This document shows, piece by piece, positions 18,076 to 28,741 of a stretch of DNA of 30,785 nt. The notes below the pieces were generated by a model. The model was not told the origin of the DNA and did not search any database. It worked only from the letters and a program-made list of their open reading frames with translations. Source of the DNA: an uncultured Spirochaetales bacterium (GTDB lineage: Bacteria > Myxococcota_A > UBA9160 > UBA6930); the NCBI GenBank assembly GCA_964550095.1, contig CAZJXU010000070.1:1-30785 (forward strand), in the 5' to 3' direction. Made by a program: the position numbers and the translations under genes. Position 1 is the stretch's first letter, and every line of letters starts with the position of its first letter.

Positions 18076-19454
18076 TGGGCGCCGCCGGCAACGCCGCGAA
18101 CTCAGCCGCAAAAGCGCCCGCGGCCTCCGCCTTGCTGCGCGCCTGGCGCCACGACGATGCAGGCTTCAACGAGTTTTTCGAGAAGCTGTGCAGGCGGCGC
18201 GAAACCAGCGCGGGAAGCGCGGAAGCCGCGGCGCGGAAAATCCTGGACGCAGTGCGCATGCAGGGCGACGCCGCGCTGCGCGCCTGCACCCGCGAGTTCG
18301 ACGGCGCCGAACTCACGACGCTGGAAGTCTCTCCGGAGGAATGGGACGCCGCCTGCGCAGCGGTCTCCGCGGCGGACCGCGCTGCGCTGGAAACCGCCGC
18401 GCGCCGCGTGCGCGCCTTTCACGAGCGGCAGGCGCAGGCGGTGCAGTCGGGCTTTGAATTTCGCGACGCGTGCGGCGCACGCCTGGGGCAGCGCGTGCAC
18501 CCGCTGCAGCGCGTCGGCATCTACGTGCCGGGCGGCAAGGCGGCCTACCCTTCGACGGTGATCATGAACGCGACGCCCGCGCTGTGCGCCGGCGTTCCGG
18601 AAATCATCATGACCACGCCGCCGGATGCGCAGGGCCGCATTCAAAACGAAGTGCTGCTGGCGGCGCGCATCGTCGGCGTGCACCGCGTGTTCAAACTGGG
18701 CGGCGCACAGGCGGTGGCGGCGCTGGCTTACGGCAGCGAGAGCGTCCCGCGCGTGGATAAAATCGTCGGCCCGGGCAACGCCTACGTGCAGGCCGCCAAG
18801 CGCCTGGTGTTCGGCACGGTGGACATCGACAGCGAAGCCGGCGCCACCGAGGTGCTGATTGTCGCCGATGAAAGCGCCGACCCGGATGACCTGGCGGTGG
18901 ATTTGATTTCCCAGGCCGAGCACGAAGAGGGGGCCTCGGCGCTTTTGGTCGCCTGGGATGCGGAGCTGGTGCGGCGCGTGTGCGACGCGCTGGCGCGCCG
19001 GCTTCCGGGCCTTGCGCGCGAGCGGATTGCGCGCCGCGCGCTTGCACAAAACGGCGCCGCCCTGATCGCCCGCGACATGTCGCACGCCCTGGAACTGGCC
19101 GATGCGTATGCGCCCGAACACCTGGTGCTGGCGCTGCGCGATGCGGAAGCGGCGCACGAAAGGGTGAAGAACGCGGGCACGGTGTTCCTGGGCGCGCACA
19201 CCCCGGTTGCAGCCGGCGATTATCTGGCCGGGCCGAACCACGTGCTGCCGACCGGCGGCGCCGCGCGTTTCTTTTCGCCGCTCGGCACGGGGGACTTTGT
19301 AAAGCGCAGCGCCTTTGTGCGCTTCGAGCCGGAAACGCTGCGCGAACTCGGCGGCGACATCATCCGGCTCGCCGAAATGGAAGGCCTGACGGCTCACGGC
19401 GAGAGCGTCCGGCGCCGACTGGAAAAAGACGCCGAGGAGAACAAGCATGACTGA
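18075..19454 (+). CDS. hisD: Histidinol dehydrogenase
   Basis: RVGIYVPGGKAAYPSTV.M, GGAQAVAALAYG, VDKIVGPGNAYV, SQAEH, APEHL, GDY.AGPNHVLPTGG, GLTAH. ATG overlaps the prmC TGA (TGATG). Confidence 0.95.
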   Translation: MGAAGNAANSAAKAPAASALLRAWRHDDAGFNEFFEKLCRRRETSAGSAEAAARKILDAVRMQGDAALRACTREFDGAELTTLEVSPEEWDAACAAVSAADRAALETAARRVRAFHERQAQAVQSGFEFRDACGARLGQRVHPLQRVGIYVPGGKAAYPSTVIMNATPALCAGVPEIIMTTPPDAQGRIQNEVLLAARIVGVHRVFKLGGAQAVAALAYGSESVPRVDKIVGPGNAYVQAAKRLVFGTVDIDSEAGATEVLIVADESADPDDLAVDLISQAEHEEGASALLVAWDAELVRRVCDALARRLPGLARERIARRALAQNGAALIARDMSHALELADAYAPEHLVLALRDAEAAHERVKNAGTVFLGAHTPVAAGDYLAGPNHVLPTGGAARFFSPLGTGDFVKRSAFVRFEPETLRELGGDIIRLAEMEGLTAHGESVRRRLEKDAEENKHD

Positions 19455-20043
19455 AAACACCCGCAGCGCGCGCATCGAGCGCAAGACACGCGAGACCCGC
19501 ATCGAACTCGAAATCTCCCTCGACGGCTCCGGAGAATTCGAGGTGTCCACCGGTGTGCCCTTCTTCGATCACATGCTGGAGTCCTTCGCCCGGCACGGCC
19601 TTTTCGATTTGCGCCTGTCGGCCGAGGGCGACCTGGATGTCGATTTGCACCACACCGTGGAAGACGTCGGCATCGTGCTGGGCCAGGCGCTGCGCCGCGC
19701 GCTGGGCGATGCGCGGGGCATTCGCCGCTACGGCGCCTGCCTGCTTCCCATGGCCGAGGCCAAGGCCGAGGTGGCGGTGGATGTTTCCAACCGCGCTTTC
19801 CTGGTGTACCGGGTCGAGCTGGAGAACACCCGCGTGGGCGACTTCGACATTTCGCTGGTGCAGGACTTCTGTTACGCGCTGGCCCAGAATGCCGGTCTCG
19901 ACTTGCACATCGAGCTGCGTTACGGCGAGAGTCCGCACCACGCGGTGGAGGCGATCTTCAAGGGTCTTGCCAACGCGCTGCGCAGCGCGCTCGAAATCGA
20001 CCCGCGTCGCAGCGGCCTGCCCACCGTCAAGGGCGCGCTCTAG
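19447..20043 (+). CDS. hisB: Imidazoleglycerol-phosphate dehydratase
   Basis: RKTRET, TGVPFFDHML, GDL.VD.HHTVEDVGI, PMAEA, HHAVEAIFK. Confidence 0.96.
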   Translation: MTENTRSARIERKTRETRIELEISLDGSGEFEVSTGVPFFDHMLESFARHGLFDLRLSAEGDLDVDLHHTVEDVGIVLGQALRRALGDARGIRRYGACLLPMAEAKAEVAVDVSNRAFLVYRVELENTRVGDFDISLVQDFCYALAQNAGLDLHIELRYGESPHHAVEAIFKGLANALRSALEIDPRRSGLPTVKGAL

Positions 20044-20045
20044 CC

Positions 20046-20690
20046 GTGACGGGCGCAGCGCCCAGCGTGGCCGTGATCGATTACGGCGCCGGCAACCTGC
20101 TCAGCGTGGTGAAAGCGCTCGAGGTGTCCGGCGCGCGCACGCGGGTGGTCGCAGACCCTTCCGCGCTTTCCGGCGCGGACGCCCTGGTGCTGCCGGGCGT
20201 GGGCGCCTTCGCCGCCGCCGCGCAGCGCCTGGCGAAACGCGGACTCGATGATGCAGTGCGCGCCTGGATTGCGCGCGGTCGCCCCTACCTGGGCCTGTGC
20301 CTGGGCCTGCAGCTGCTCTTCGAAGAGAGCGACGAACACGGGCGCACGCCCGGCCTGGGCGTATTGAAAGGCGTCGTGCGGCGTTTTCCGTCGCACACGC
20401 CGTCGGGCGAAGTGCTGCGGGTGCCGCACATCGGCTGGAACAAGGTGCGCTGGAGCGATGCACACCCTGTAAGCAAGGCCCTTCCCTTCGATGCGTTCTA
20501 CTACTTTGTACACGCCTACCGCGTGGAGGCCGCATCGGCAGAGGATTGCGTCGGCATCACGGAATACGGCGCGCCCTTCGCCGCCGCCGTCGCCCGAAAG
20601 AACGTGTTCGCCGTGCAGTTCCACCCGGAAAAGAGTCAGGGCGCCGGGCGCCGCTTGCTGGAAGCCTTTACGGAATGGGTGCGTTCGTGA
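20046..20690 (+). CDS. hisH: Imidazole glycerol phosphate synthase, glutaminase subunit
   Basis: VIDYGAGNL.SV, LPGVGAF, GLCLGLQLL (nucleophile Cys), VPHIGWN, YFVHAY, QFHPEKS. Confidence 0.96.
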   Translation: MTGAAPSVAVIDYGAGNLLSVVKALEVSGARTRVVADPSALSGADALVLPGVGAFAAAAQRLAKRGLDDAVRAWIARGRPYLGLCLGLQLLFEESDEHGRTPGLGVLKGVVRRFPSHTPSGEVLRVPHIGWNKVRWSDAHPVSKALPFDAFYYFVHAYRVEAASAEDCVGITEYGAPFAAAVARKNVFAVQFHPEKSQGAGRRLLEAFTEWVRS

Positions 20691-20800
20691 AGGCCGGTCG
20701 GTGTTGTCGTCGTCGCTTTCGGCGCCCTGCGCGTTTTCGCATCGCGGCGGCGCGCATCTCGGCGGAGTGCTGTGCGCGGCGCCCTGCGCGTGGAGTTGCG

Positions 20801-21499
20801 ATGGAGCGCTTTGCTGTGTCGCGGCGCTTTGCCCCGGCGCGCCGCACGGTATTGCGCGCCGCCGCCGGGCTTTCGCTCGTGCTGTTTTTGCCGGCGCTGC
20901 TGGCATGCAGCGCGCCGCCGCTGGTGGATGCGCGCCGCATGCCCGCTTTGCGCACGCGCCCTGCAGTGAAAAAACCTGCAGTCGCGCCCTTCATCGTTTC
21001 CCCGTCGCAGGCAGGCGCCGTGCAGACCGGCGCAGGCGCCACGCCCGAACGCGCCGCGGAGCTGATCGCGCATCGCCTCTCGGAGGCGCTCGCGAATCGG
21101 AGCGCCCAAGTGGTCAGCGCCGCCGACATGGCGCGGGCGCTTTCCAGCGCCGCCGGCGTCGCGCCCGAGGCGCGCACGCCGCAGCGCCTCGCCGAATTTG
21201 CAGCGCAGCGCTTCGGGGCAGATGCGCTCGTTTACGGCCGGCTCACGCGCTGGCGCGAACGCATCGGCGGCGGGGCCGGCAGCAGTCAGTCCGCCGCGGT
21301 GGGTTTTCGGGTGGAGCTGCGCAGCGCGCCGGACGGCGCACTGCTCTGGTCGGGCGCCTTCAACGAAAGCCAGAAGCCCGCAGGCGGCAACCTGCTTGCC
21401 GCGAGCCGCTACCCGAGCGCCGGTTTGCGCTGGCTGTCCGCCGAAGAACTCGCACGCTGGGGCGCGGGCCACGTGGCCGACGCGCTGCCCCTGCGCTGA
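20801..21499 (+). CDS. Predicted lipoprotein of unknown function (LpoB/CsgG/DUF799-like topology by eye)
   Basis: Basic N-region (ARRTVLR), hydrophobic stretch, lipobox LLAC (Cys36 at 20906); ADALVYG.L.RW.ER.G...AAVGF.VEL....G.LLW pattern. GGAG upstream of ATG 20801; alternative GTG at 20687 overlaps the hisH stop. Confidence 0.7.
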   Translation: MERFAVSRRFAPARRTVLRAAAGLSLVLFLPALLACSAPPLVDARRMPALRTRPAVKKPAVAPFIVSPSQAGAVQTGAGATPERAAELIAHRLSEALANRSAQVVSAADMARALSSAAGVAPEARTPQRLAEFAAQRFGADALVYGRLTRWRERIGGGAGSSQSAAVGFRVELRSAPDGALLWSGAFNESQKPAGGNLLAASRYPSAGLRWLSAEELARWGAGHVADALPLR

Positions 21500-21506
21500 G
21501 CCGACT

Positions 21507-22235
21507 ATGCCTGCTTTTGAAGTGATACCGGCCGTGGATGTGCTCGGGGGACGCTGCGTGCGGCTCGCCCAGGGGCGCTTTGATGCGGTCACGGATTACG
21601 GCGACCCGGCCGAAATCGCGGCGCGCTTCGCCGCGCACCCGCTGCGACGCTTGCACGTGGTGGACCTGGACGGCGCCCGCAGCGGCGCGCCGCAAAACCG
21701 AAGCGCGATACAGCAGGTGCTGGAAGCGGTGCGGCCGGTTCCCGTGCAGCTTGGTGGAGGCGTGCGCGACCGGGAGAGCATTTCGGCCTGGCTTGAACTC
21801 GGCATCGAGCGCGTGGTGCTCGGCACCGCCGCCCTGCGCGACCCGGCGCTGGTGCAGGGTGCTGCGCGCGAATACCCGGGCCGCATCGCGGTGGGCATTG
21901 ACGCGCGCGACGGCCGCGTTGCGGTTTCCGGCTGGCTCGAAACCAGCGACACGCCGGCGCTCGAATTGGCGCTGCGCTTTCAGGACGCCGGCGTCGCCGC
22001 GCTGATCTACACCGACATCGCGCGCGACGGCATGGGCACGGGGCCGAACCTCGCATCCACAAAGAATCTGGCCGAAGGAGTCGATATTCCCGTGATCGCA
22101 TCCGGGGGCGTCGGCCGCATCGAAGACATTCGCGCCGCCGCGCGCTGCGAGGGGCTCGCCGGTGTTATCGTCGGACGCGCCCTGCTGGCAGGCGCCATCG
22201 ACCCGGCCGCAGCACTGGAAGAAGCCGCATGTTGA
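21507..22235 (+). CDS. hisA: ProFAR isomerase
   Basis: [72 protein letters not shown]. Confidence 0.96.
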   Translation: MPAFEVIPAVDVLGGRCVRLAQGRFDAVTDYGDPAEIAARFAAHPLRRLHVVDLDGARSGAPQNRSAIQQVLEAVRPVPVQLGGGVRDRESISAWLELGIERVVLGTAALRDPALVQGAAREYPGRIAVGIDARDGRVAVSGWLETSDTPALELALRFQDAGVAALIYTDIARDGMGTGPNLASTKNLAEGVDIPVIASGGVGRIEDIRAAARCEGLAGVIVGRALLAGAIDPAAALEEAAC

Positions 22236-23248
22236 TGAAACGCATCATTCCCTGTCTGGACGTGGACCAGGGCCGCGTGGTCAAGGGCGTGCGCTACGTG
22301 GACCACGTCGATGCAGGCGACCCGGTGGAAGTCGCCCGTCGCTACGACGAACAGGAGGCGGACGAGCTCACCTTCCTGGACATAACGGCCAGCCACGAAG
22401 CGCGGCGCATCATGCTGGACGTGGCGGAGCGCACCGCCAAGACGGTCTTCATGCCGGTGTGCATCGGCGGCGGCGTGCGCACGCTGCAGGACATTCGCGA
22501 CCTGCTGAACGCCGGGGCCGACAAGGTGTCGATCATGACCGCGGCGGTGGAAGATCCGGAACTGGTCGGCGAAGCCGCGCTGAAAATCGGCAGCGCGAAC
22601 CTGGTGGTGGCGATTGATGCGCGGCGCATCGACGACCGCGCGGCCTTCGAAGCGCGCGCCGCGCAGCGCACCGCGCGCAACTTTGCCGCGGCAAACACCG
22701 GCGCTGTGGAAAACGCGGGCGTCGAAGCAAACACCGGTGCCCCGGCAAACGCTGCCGGCGCCGCTTCCGACGCTGCGGATGCTTCCGATGACGCCGCCGC
22801 ATCCGGAGCAGCAGCCGCATCCGAAACAGCGGGTGCATCCGGCGCAGCAGACGCTTCCGATGCTGCGGACGCTCCGCCGCTTTTCGAGGTCTATACCCAC
22901 GGCGGACGGCGCGGCACGGGCCTGTGCGCCGTGGCCTTCGCGCGCGCCGCAGCAAAGGCCGGCGCCGGGGAGATTCTGCTGACCAGCATGGACCGGGACG
23001 GCACGCGCAGCGGCTACGACCTGGAACTGGTGCGCAGCGTGGCGGACGCCGCGCCGCTGCCCGTGATCGCATCGGGAGGCGGCGGCACGCCCGAGAGCCT
23101 GGCCGAAGCGCTTTCCGATGCGCCGCAGGGCGGGCACGCCCAGGCCGCCCTGGCCGCGAGCATCTTCCACTTCGGGGACGAAACCGTGGCCTCGGTCAAG
23201 CGCCGCCTGCTCGAACTCGGCATTCCCGTGCGTGCGCCTCGGGAGTGA
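22229..23248 (+). CDS. hisF: Imidazole glycerol phosphate synthase cyclase subunit with ~80-aa loop insertion
   Basis: [45 protein letters not shown]...[insert]...[44 protein letters not shown]. Confidence 0.95.
   Translation: MLMKRIIPCLDVDQGRVVKGVRYVDHVDAGDPVEVARRYDEQEADELTFLDITASHEARRIMLDVAERTAKTVFMPVCIGGGVRTLQDIRDLLNAGADKVSIMTAAVEDPELVGEAALKIGSANLVVAIDARRIDDRAAFEARAAQRTARNFAAANTGAVENAGVEANTGAPANAAGAASDAADASDDAAASGAAAASETAGASGAADASDAADAPPLFEVYTHGGRRGTGLCAVAFARAAAKAGAGEILLTSMDRDGTRSGYDLELVRSVADAAPLPVIASGGGGTPESLAEALSDAPQGGHAQAALAASIFHFGDETVASVKRRLLELGIPVRAPRE
22691..22870 (+). repeat. Ten in-frame 18-bp tandem units inside hisF
   Basis: [24 protein letters not shown] / [36 protein letters not shown]; nine units start GCAAAC or GCWTCC, one starts GAAAAC. 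Confidence 0.88.
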
Positions 23249-23351
23249 GTGAGTGGCGCGTGCGGGAGCGCGGGCGAATCGGGCGGGCCGGCCCCGGGCG
23301 ATACGGGTCGGCGACCGCCGCAGGCCGCCTCCGTCGATAAGGCGGTTGCAT

Positions 23352-23380
23352 TTGCCCCCCGGCGGACCCTTCGCTAGGCT
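23352..23380 (+). promoter_or_regulatory. Putative promoter of rpsU-dnaG-rpoD
   Basis: TTGCCC-N17-TAGGCT, followed by a GC hairpin (23391-23412) and GAGGAGG SD before the rpsU ATG. Confidence 0.55.
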
Positions 23381-23434
23381 GCCCGGAAATCCCCCGGCCA
23401 AAGCCTCGGGGGGCGAGAGGAGGCCCTGGCGTTT

Positions 23435-23635
23435 ATGCCCATCGTGAAAATCAAGGAAAACGAGCCCTTCGAGGTGGCGCTGAAGCGCTTCAAGAAGCAG
23501 GTGGAGAAGGCCGGGATTCTGACCGAGCTGCGCCGCCGGGAGTCGTATGACAAGCCCAGCGTGCGCCGCAAGAAGAAGTCCACTGCGGCCCGCAAGCGCG
23601 CCATCAAGAAGATCAAGCGCCTCCTGAATACCTGA
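23435..23635 (+). CDS. rpsU: 30S ribosomal protein S21
   Basis: [43 protein letters not shown]. Confidence 0.97.
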   Translation: MPIVKIKENEPFEVALKRFKKQVEKAGILTELRRRESYDKPSVRRKKKSTAARKRAIKKIKRLLNT

Positions 23636-23733
23636 CCCGTGGAGTAAAGCCGGTGAATGCTGCGCCGCAATCGTTCGGGTTTCGCCTTCGCTATCATCCC
23701 GCAGGGCGACTCGCAGCGAGGGGGGAGTAGGGA

Positions 23734-25533
23734 ATGGGCGGCATCCCTGAGGACATTATCGATGCAGTGAAGGACCGGGTGGACATCGCAGAGCTGATCG
23801 GCCGCCACCTCGCCCTCAAAAAGTCCGGCAGGCGCTACCTCGGCCTGTGCCCCTTCCACTCGGAAAAGACTCCCTCCTTCAACGTGTCGCCCGAGCGCGG
23901 CTCCTACTACTGCTTCGGCTGCGGCGAAGGCGGCAACGCCTTCACCTTCCTGATGCGCCAGGGGGGGCTGACCTTCCCGGAGGCGGTGCGCTCGCTGGCC
24001 GCCGAAGTCGGCATCCAGGTGCCGGAACGCTCGGGGCCGCCGGCAGAGAGCCGGGAGCCGCTCTACGAAGCGGCCCGGGCGGCCGCCGCCTACTACCGCC
24101 GGGAACTCAGAAGCGAAGCGGGGGCGGGCGCCCGTCGCTACCTCGAAGCGCGCGGCTTTGACATGGAGACGGCAGAGCACTACGGAGTCGGCTATGCGCC
24201 GGACCGCTGGGAAGGGCTGGTCGATGCGCTGCGCGGCCGCAAGCTGCTCACGGCGGGTGAGCGCGCCGGCCTGGTGCGCGAACGCGAAGGCGGCGGCCAC
24301 TTCGACATGCTGCGGAATCGCCTGGTCTTTCCGATTTCCGACGTGCACGGCCGCGTGATCGCCTTCGGCGGGCGCGCGCTGGCCGAAGACCAGGAGCCCA
24401 AGTACCTGAACACGCCCGAGAGTCCGATCTTTCGCAAGCGCGAACAGTTCTACGGCTTTCCGGGCGCGCTCGAGGCGATCCGCCGCGCAGACCGGGCGCT
24501 GGTGGTGGAGGGCTACTTCGACCGCATCGCCCTGGACCGGGCCAGCATCGGCGAAGCGCTCGCCACCTGCGGCACGGCGCTCAGCGAGGAACACGCACGC
24601 GCCCTGCGCCGCCGCACGCGCAACGTGGTGCTGCTCTTCGACGGCGATGCTGCAGGGCAGAGGGCCATGCTGCGTTCGCTGGGGCTGCTGCTGCCCCAGG
24701 GGCTGCGCGTTTCCGCCGCCGCCTTGCCTGCAGGCGAAGACCCGGACGACTACCTGCAAAAGCGGGGCGCCGAAGCGCTGCAAAAACTGGTCGATCAGGC
24801 GCCGGACGCGATCGGCCTGGCCATCGCGCAGCGAATCGAGGCCGGAGTCGAAACGCCTGCGCAGCGGGCCGATGCGCTGGTCGCCATCGCCCCGCTGCTG
24901 GCCGCGATTTCCAACCCGGCGGAGCGCGGCGAGTACGAGCGATACCTGCTTTCGGTTTTGCCGGGCGCGAACATGGACGAGGTACGGGCCGCGACCGCGT
25001 ATGCCGTGCCGATGTCCACGATGCTCGGCGCCCGCCGCCCGGAGGGCGAGCCGGAAGAGGCGGCGCCCAGGCCGCAGCCCTTCGCGACCCTGGAAGATCG
25101 CCACTTCGGCGACGCGCTGCGCCTGCTTTTTGACAACTGGGAAGCGCTTTCGGAATCGCACCGCGGGCGGCTGATCGAACTCGCCCCCGACGGCGACTGG
25201 CGATACCTGGCCGAGCAGATCACGCCGCAGCGCAAGGACGCCCTGCAGGCCGAACTCGCGGGCTTGCGCCTCGAACGTTTTTCGGCTGTCATTAACAGGC
25301 CGCGGCCCGACCTCGAGAGCGAAGACGCGGCCATGGCCCGCCGCTTGCTGGAGCAGGAACTGGGCTGGCTCAGTGAGCGAAGCAAAAAACGCGAGAGGGA
25401 ATCGCTGAGCGGGGCCCTCCAGCGACCGGACGCCGACATCGATGAACTGCTGCGCCGCAAACAGGCGCAGCTCGAAGAGCGACGCAGAAAAGGACAGCAG
25501 CGCGCACAAGCGCTACGCTCCTCCGGACCTTGA
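23734..25533 (+). CDS. dnaG: DNA primase
   Basis: [11 protein letters not shown]...YYCFGCG zinc finger, [33 protein letters not shown] (TOPRIM), FDGD.AG, DPDD. Confidence 0.96.
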   Translation: MGGIPEDIIDAVKDRVDIAELIGRHLALKKSGRRYLGLCPFHSEKTPSFNVSPERGSYYCFGCGEGGNAFTFLMRQGGLTFPEAVRSLAAEVGIQVPERSGPPAESREPLYEAARAAAAYYRRELRSEAGAGARRYLEARGFDMETAEHYGVGYAPDRWEGLVDALRGRKLLTAGERAGLVREREGGGHFDMLRNRLVFPISDVHGRVIAFGGRALAEDQEPKYLNTPESPIFRKREQFYGFPGALEAIRRADRALVVEGYFDRIALDRASIGEALATCGTALSEEHARALRRRTRNVVLLFDGDAAGQRAMLRSLGLLLPQGLRVSAAALPAGEDPDDYLQKRGAEALQKLVDQAPDAIGLAIAQRIEAGVETPAQRADALVAIAPLLAAISNPAERGEYERYLLSVLPGANMDEVRAATAYAVPMSTMLGARRPEGEPEEAAPRPQPFATLEDRHFGDALRLLFDNWEALSESHRGRLIELAPDGDWRYLAEQITPQRKDALQAELAGLRLERFSAVINRPRPDLESEDAAMARRLLEQELGWLSERSKKRERESLSGALQRPDADIDELLRRKQAQLEERRRKGQQRAQALRSSGP

Positions 25534-25555
25534 GGGCTTCGCCCCGGGGGGTTTC

Positions 25556-27346
<1,791 letters not shown>

Positions 27347-27405
27347 TCCCCGACTTGCCGGCGGCGCGCAGGCGGTGTCGCCCCCCGGCATGTCCCGCGG
27401 CGGGG

Positions 27406-27428
27406 CGGTCCGGTCCGGTCCGGTCCGG
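27406..27428. repeat. (CGGTC)4.6 pentanucleotide microsatellite in the convergent intergenic region
   Basis: CGGTC CGGTC CGGTC CGGTC CGG read directly. Confidence 0.8.
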
Positions 27429-27581
27429 CGTCGTGCTCTCCGCGCCATCAGCGCCGTGCACCGCTGTCCGGCATGTGGCGGGCCATCCCGCACAGCGCGG
27501 CCTGGCGTTGCGACTTGGCATGGCCCGCACGGCGCGGCCCGGCGCCATGCACCCTCGTTCCGCGCCGCCGCGGCCCTCGCT

Positions 27582-28739
27582 TCAGTGGTGAAAGAGCCGC
27601 AGCCCGGTGCACACCCGGACGATGCCGTACTCGCGGCAGGCGGCTTCGATTTCACCCGCGCGCACGCTGCCGCCGTGCTCGGCCAGAAAACGCACGCCGT
27701 GCCGGCCGGCGTGGTCGATGTTGTCGCGAAAAGGCAAGAAGGCGTCGCTCACCAGGCACACGCCGTCCATGCGCGAAAGCCATGCCGCCCGCTCTTCCGG
27801 GCTTAGCGGCTCGGGCGCCGCTTCCAGCGCCTCGGCCAGGGCGGCAGTTTCGCCCCGGGTCAGGTCGCCCTCGATGAAGCGCACGCGCCAGTTGATGCGG
27901 TCCTGGCGCTTCACGCCCGCCTTGAAGCGCAGGCCCAGCACCTTCGGGTGCGTGCCCATAAACCACAGGTCGGCCTTGGCGCCCGCCAGCTTGGTGCAGT
28001 CCACCCGGCTTTGCTGGCCCGCGCCGATGCCGATCATCTGCCCCTCGAGCGCATAGCCCACCGAGTTCGACTGCGTGTACTTGAGGGCGACCAGGCCCAG
28101 CAGCAGGTCGCGCACGGCCTCGGGGGTGAGCCCCCCGCCGCTCACATCTTTCAGGTCCGCGCCGCTTACCTGGTGGGCGTTGCGGTCCTGGCTGAGGCGC
28201 ACGCCGAACACTTCGCGGCTCTCCCGTTCGGGCGGCTGGTAGTCCGGGTCCGCCTGCATCACGATGAAGCCGCCCTGCTTCTTCGCTTTCAGTATCTCGA
28301 GCGCTTTCGCATCGTAACCCGGCGCGATGATGCCGTCTGACACCACGCCTTTCAGAAACACGGCGGTGGCTTCATCGACGGACTGCGAGAGCGCCGCGAA
28401 GTCGCCGAAGGAACACTTGGGGTCGGCGCCGCGCGCACGCACGTAGGCCAGCGCACTCGGGGTCAGCTCCCGGCCCGCCACTTCGTAGGCGCGCGCCCGC
28501 GCTTCATCCAGCGGCACGGCCAGCGCCGCGCCCGAAGGCGAGACGTGCTTGAAACTGGCGGCCGCGGTGAGCCCGGTGGCCTGTTCGGCTTCGCGCACCA
28601 GCTGCCAGGCGTTCAGGGCGTCCAGCCAGTTGATCAGCGAGGTGTCGCCGTTCAGCACCTGTACCGGCGCGGCATCCTGCTGCACGCCGCGCACTTCGTG
28701 AAAACGCTGGTGCGGGTTGACGCCGTAACGCAGCCCCAT
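27582..28739 (-). CDS. Stand-alone AICAR transformylase (PurH C-terminal domain only, ~385 aa)
   Basis: Starts at LRYGVNPHQ; IN.LDALNAWQLV.E, SFKHVSP.GAA, R.ADP..SFGDF.A, KYTQSNSV, GIGAGQQSRVDCT, SDAFLPFRDNI. No N-terminal IMP cyclohydrolase (MGS-like) domain. Confidence 0.88.
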   Translation of the reverse strand: MGLRYGVNPHQRFHEVRGVQQDAAPVQVLNGDTSLINWLDALNAWQLVREAEQATGLTAAASFKHVSPSGAALAVPLDEARARAYEVAGRELTPSALAYVRARGADPKCSFGDFAALSQSVDEATAVFLKGVVSDGIIAPGYDAKALEILKAKKQGGFIVMQADPDYQPPERESREVFGVRLSQDRNAHQVSGADLKDVSGGGLTPEAVRDLLLGLVALKYTQSNSVGYALEGQMIGIGAGQQSRVDCTKLAGAKADLWFMGTHPKVLGLRFKAGVKRQDRINWRVRFIEGDLTRGETAALAEALEAAPEPLSPEERAAWLSRMDGVCLVSDAFLPFRDNIDHAGRHGVRFLAEHGGSVRAGEIEAACREYGIVRVCTGLRLFHH

Positions 28740-28741
28740 GG

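Noticed and set aside
22628-22882. Intein or palindromic mobile insert in hisF (also considered for pgeF)
   Set aside because: No N-terminal Cys/Ser or C-terminal His-Asn splice motifs, no palindromic structure, no similarity between inserts; tandem periodicity points to slippage.
23246-23377. UGA read-through (selenocysteine) of hisF or a ~42-aa ORF as a hisE/I remnant
   Set aside because: HisF is already complete at the TGA, no SECIS-like element is recognisable, and the downstream peptide has no similarity to HisE/I and overlaps the rpsU promoter.
27347-27581. tRNA downstream of rpoD
   Set aside because: No cloverleaf or GTTCRA T-loop visible.
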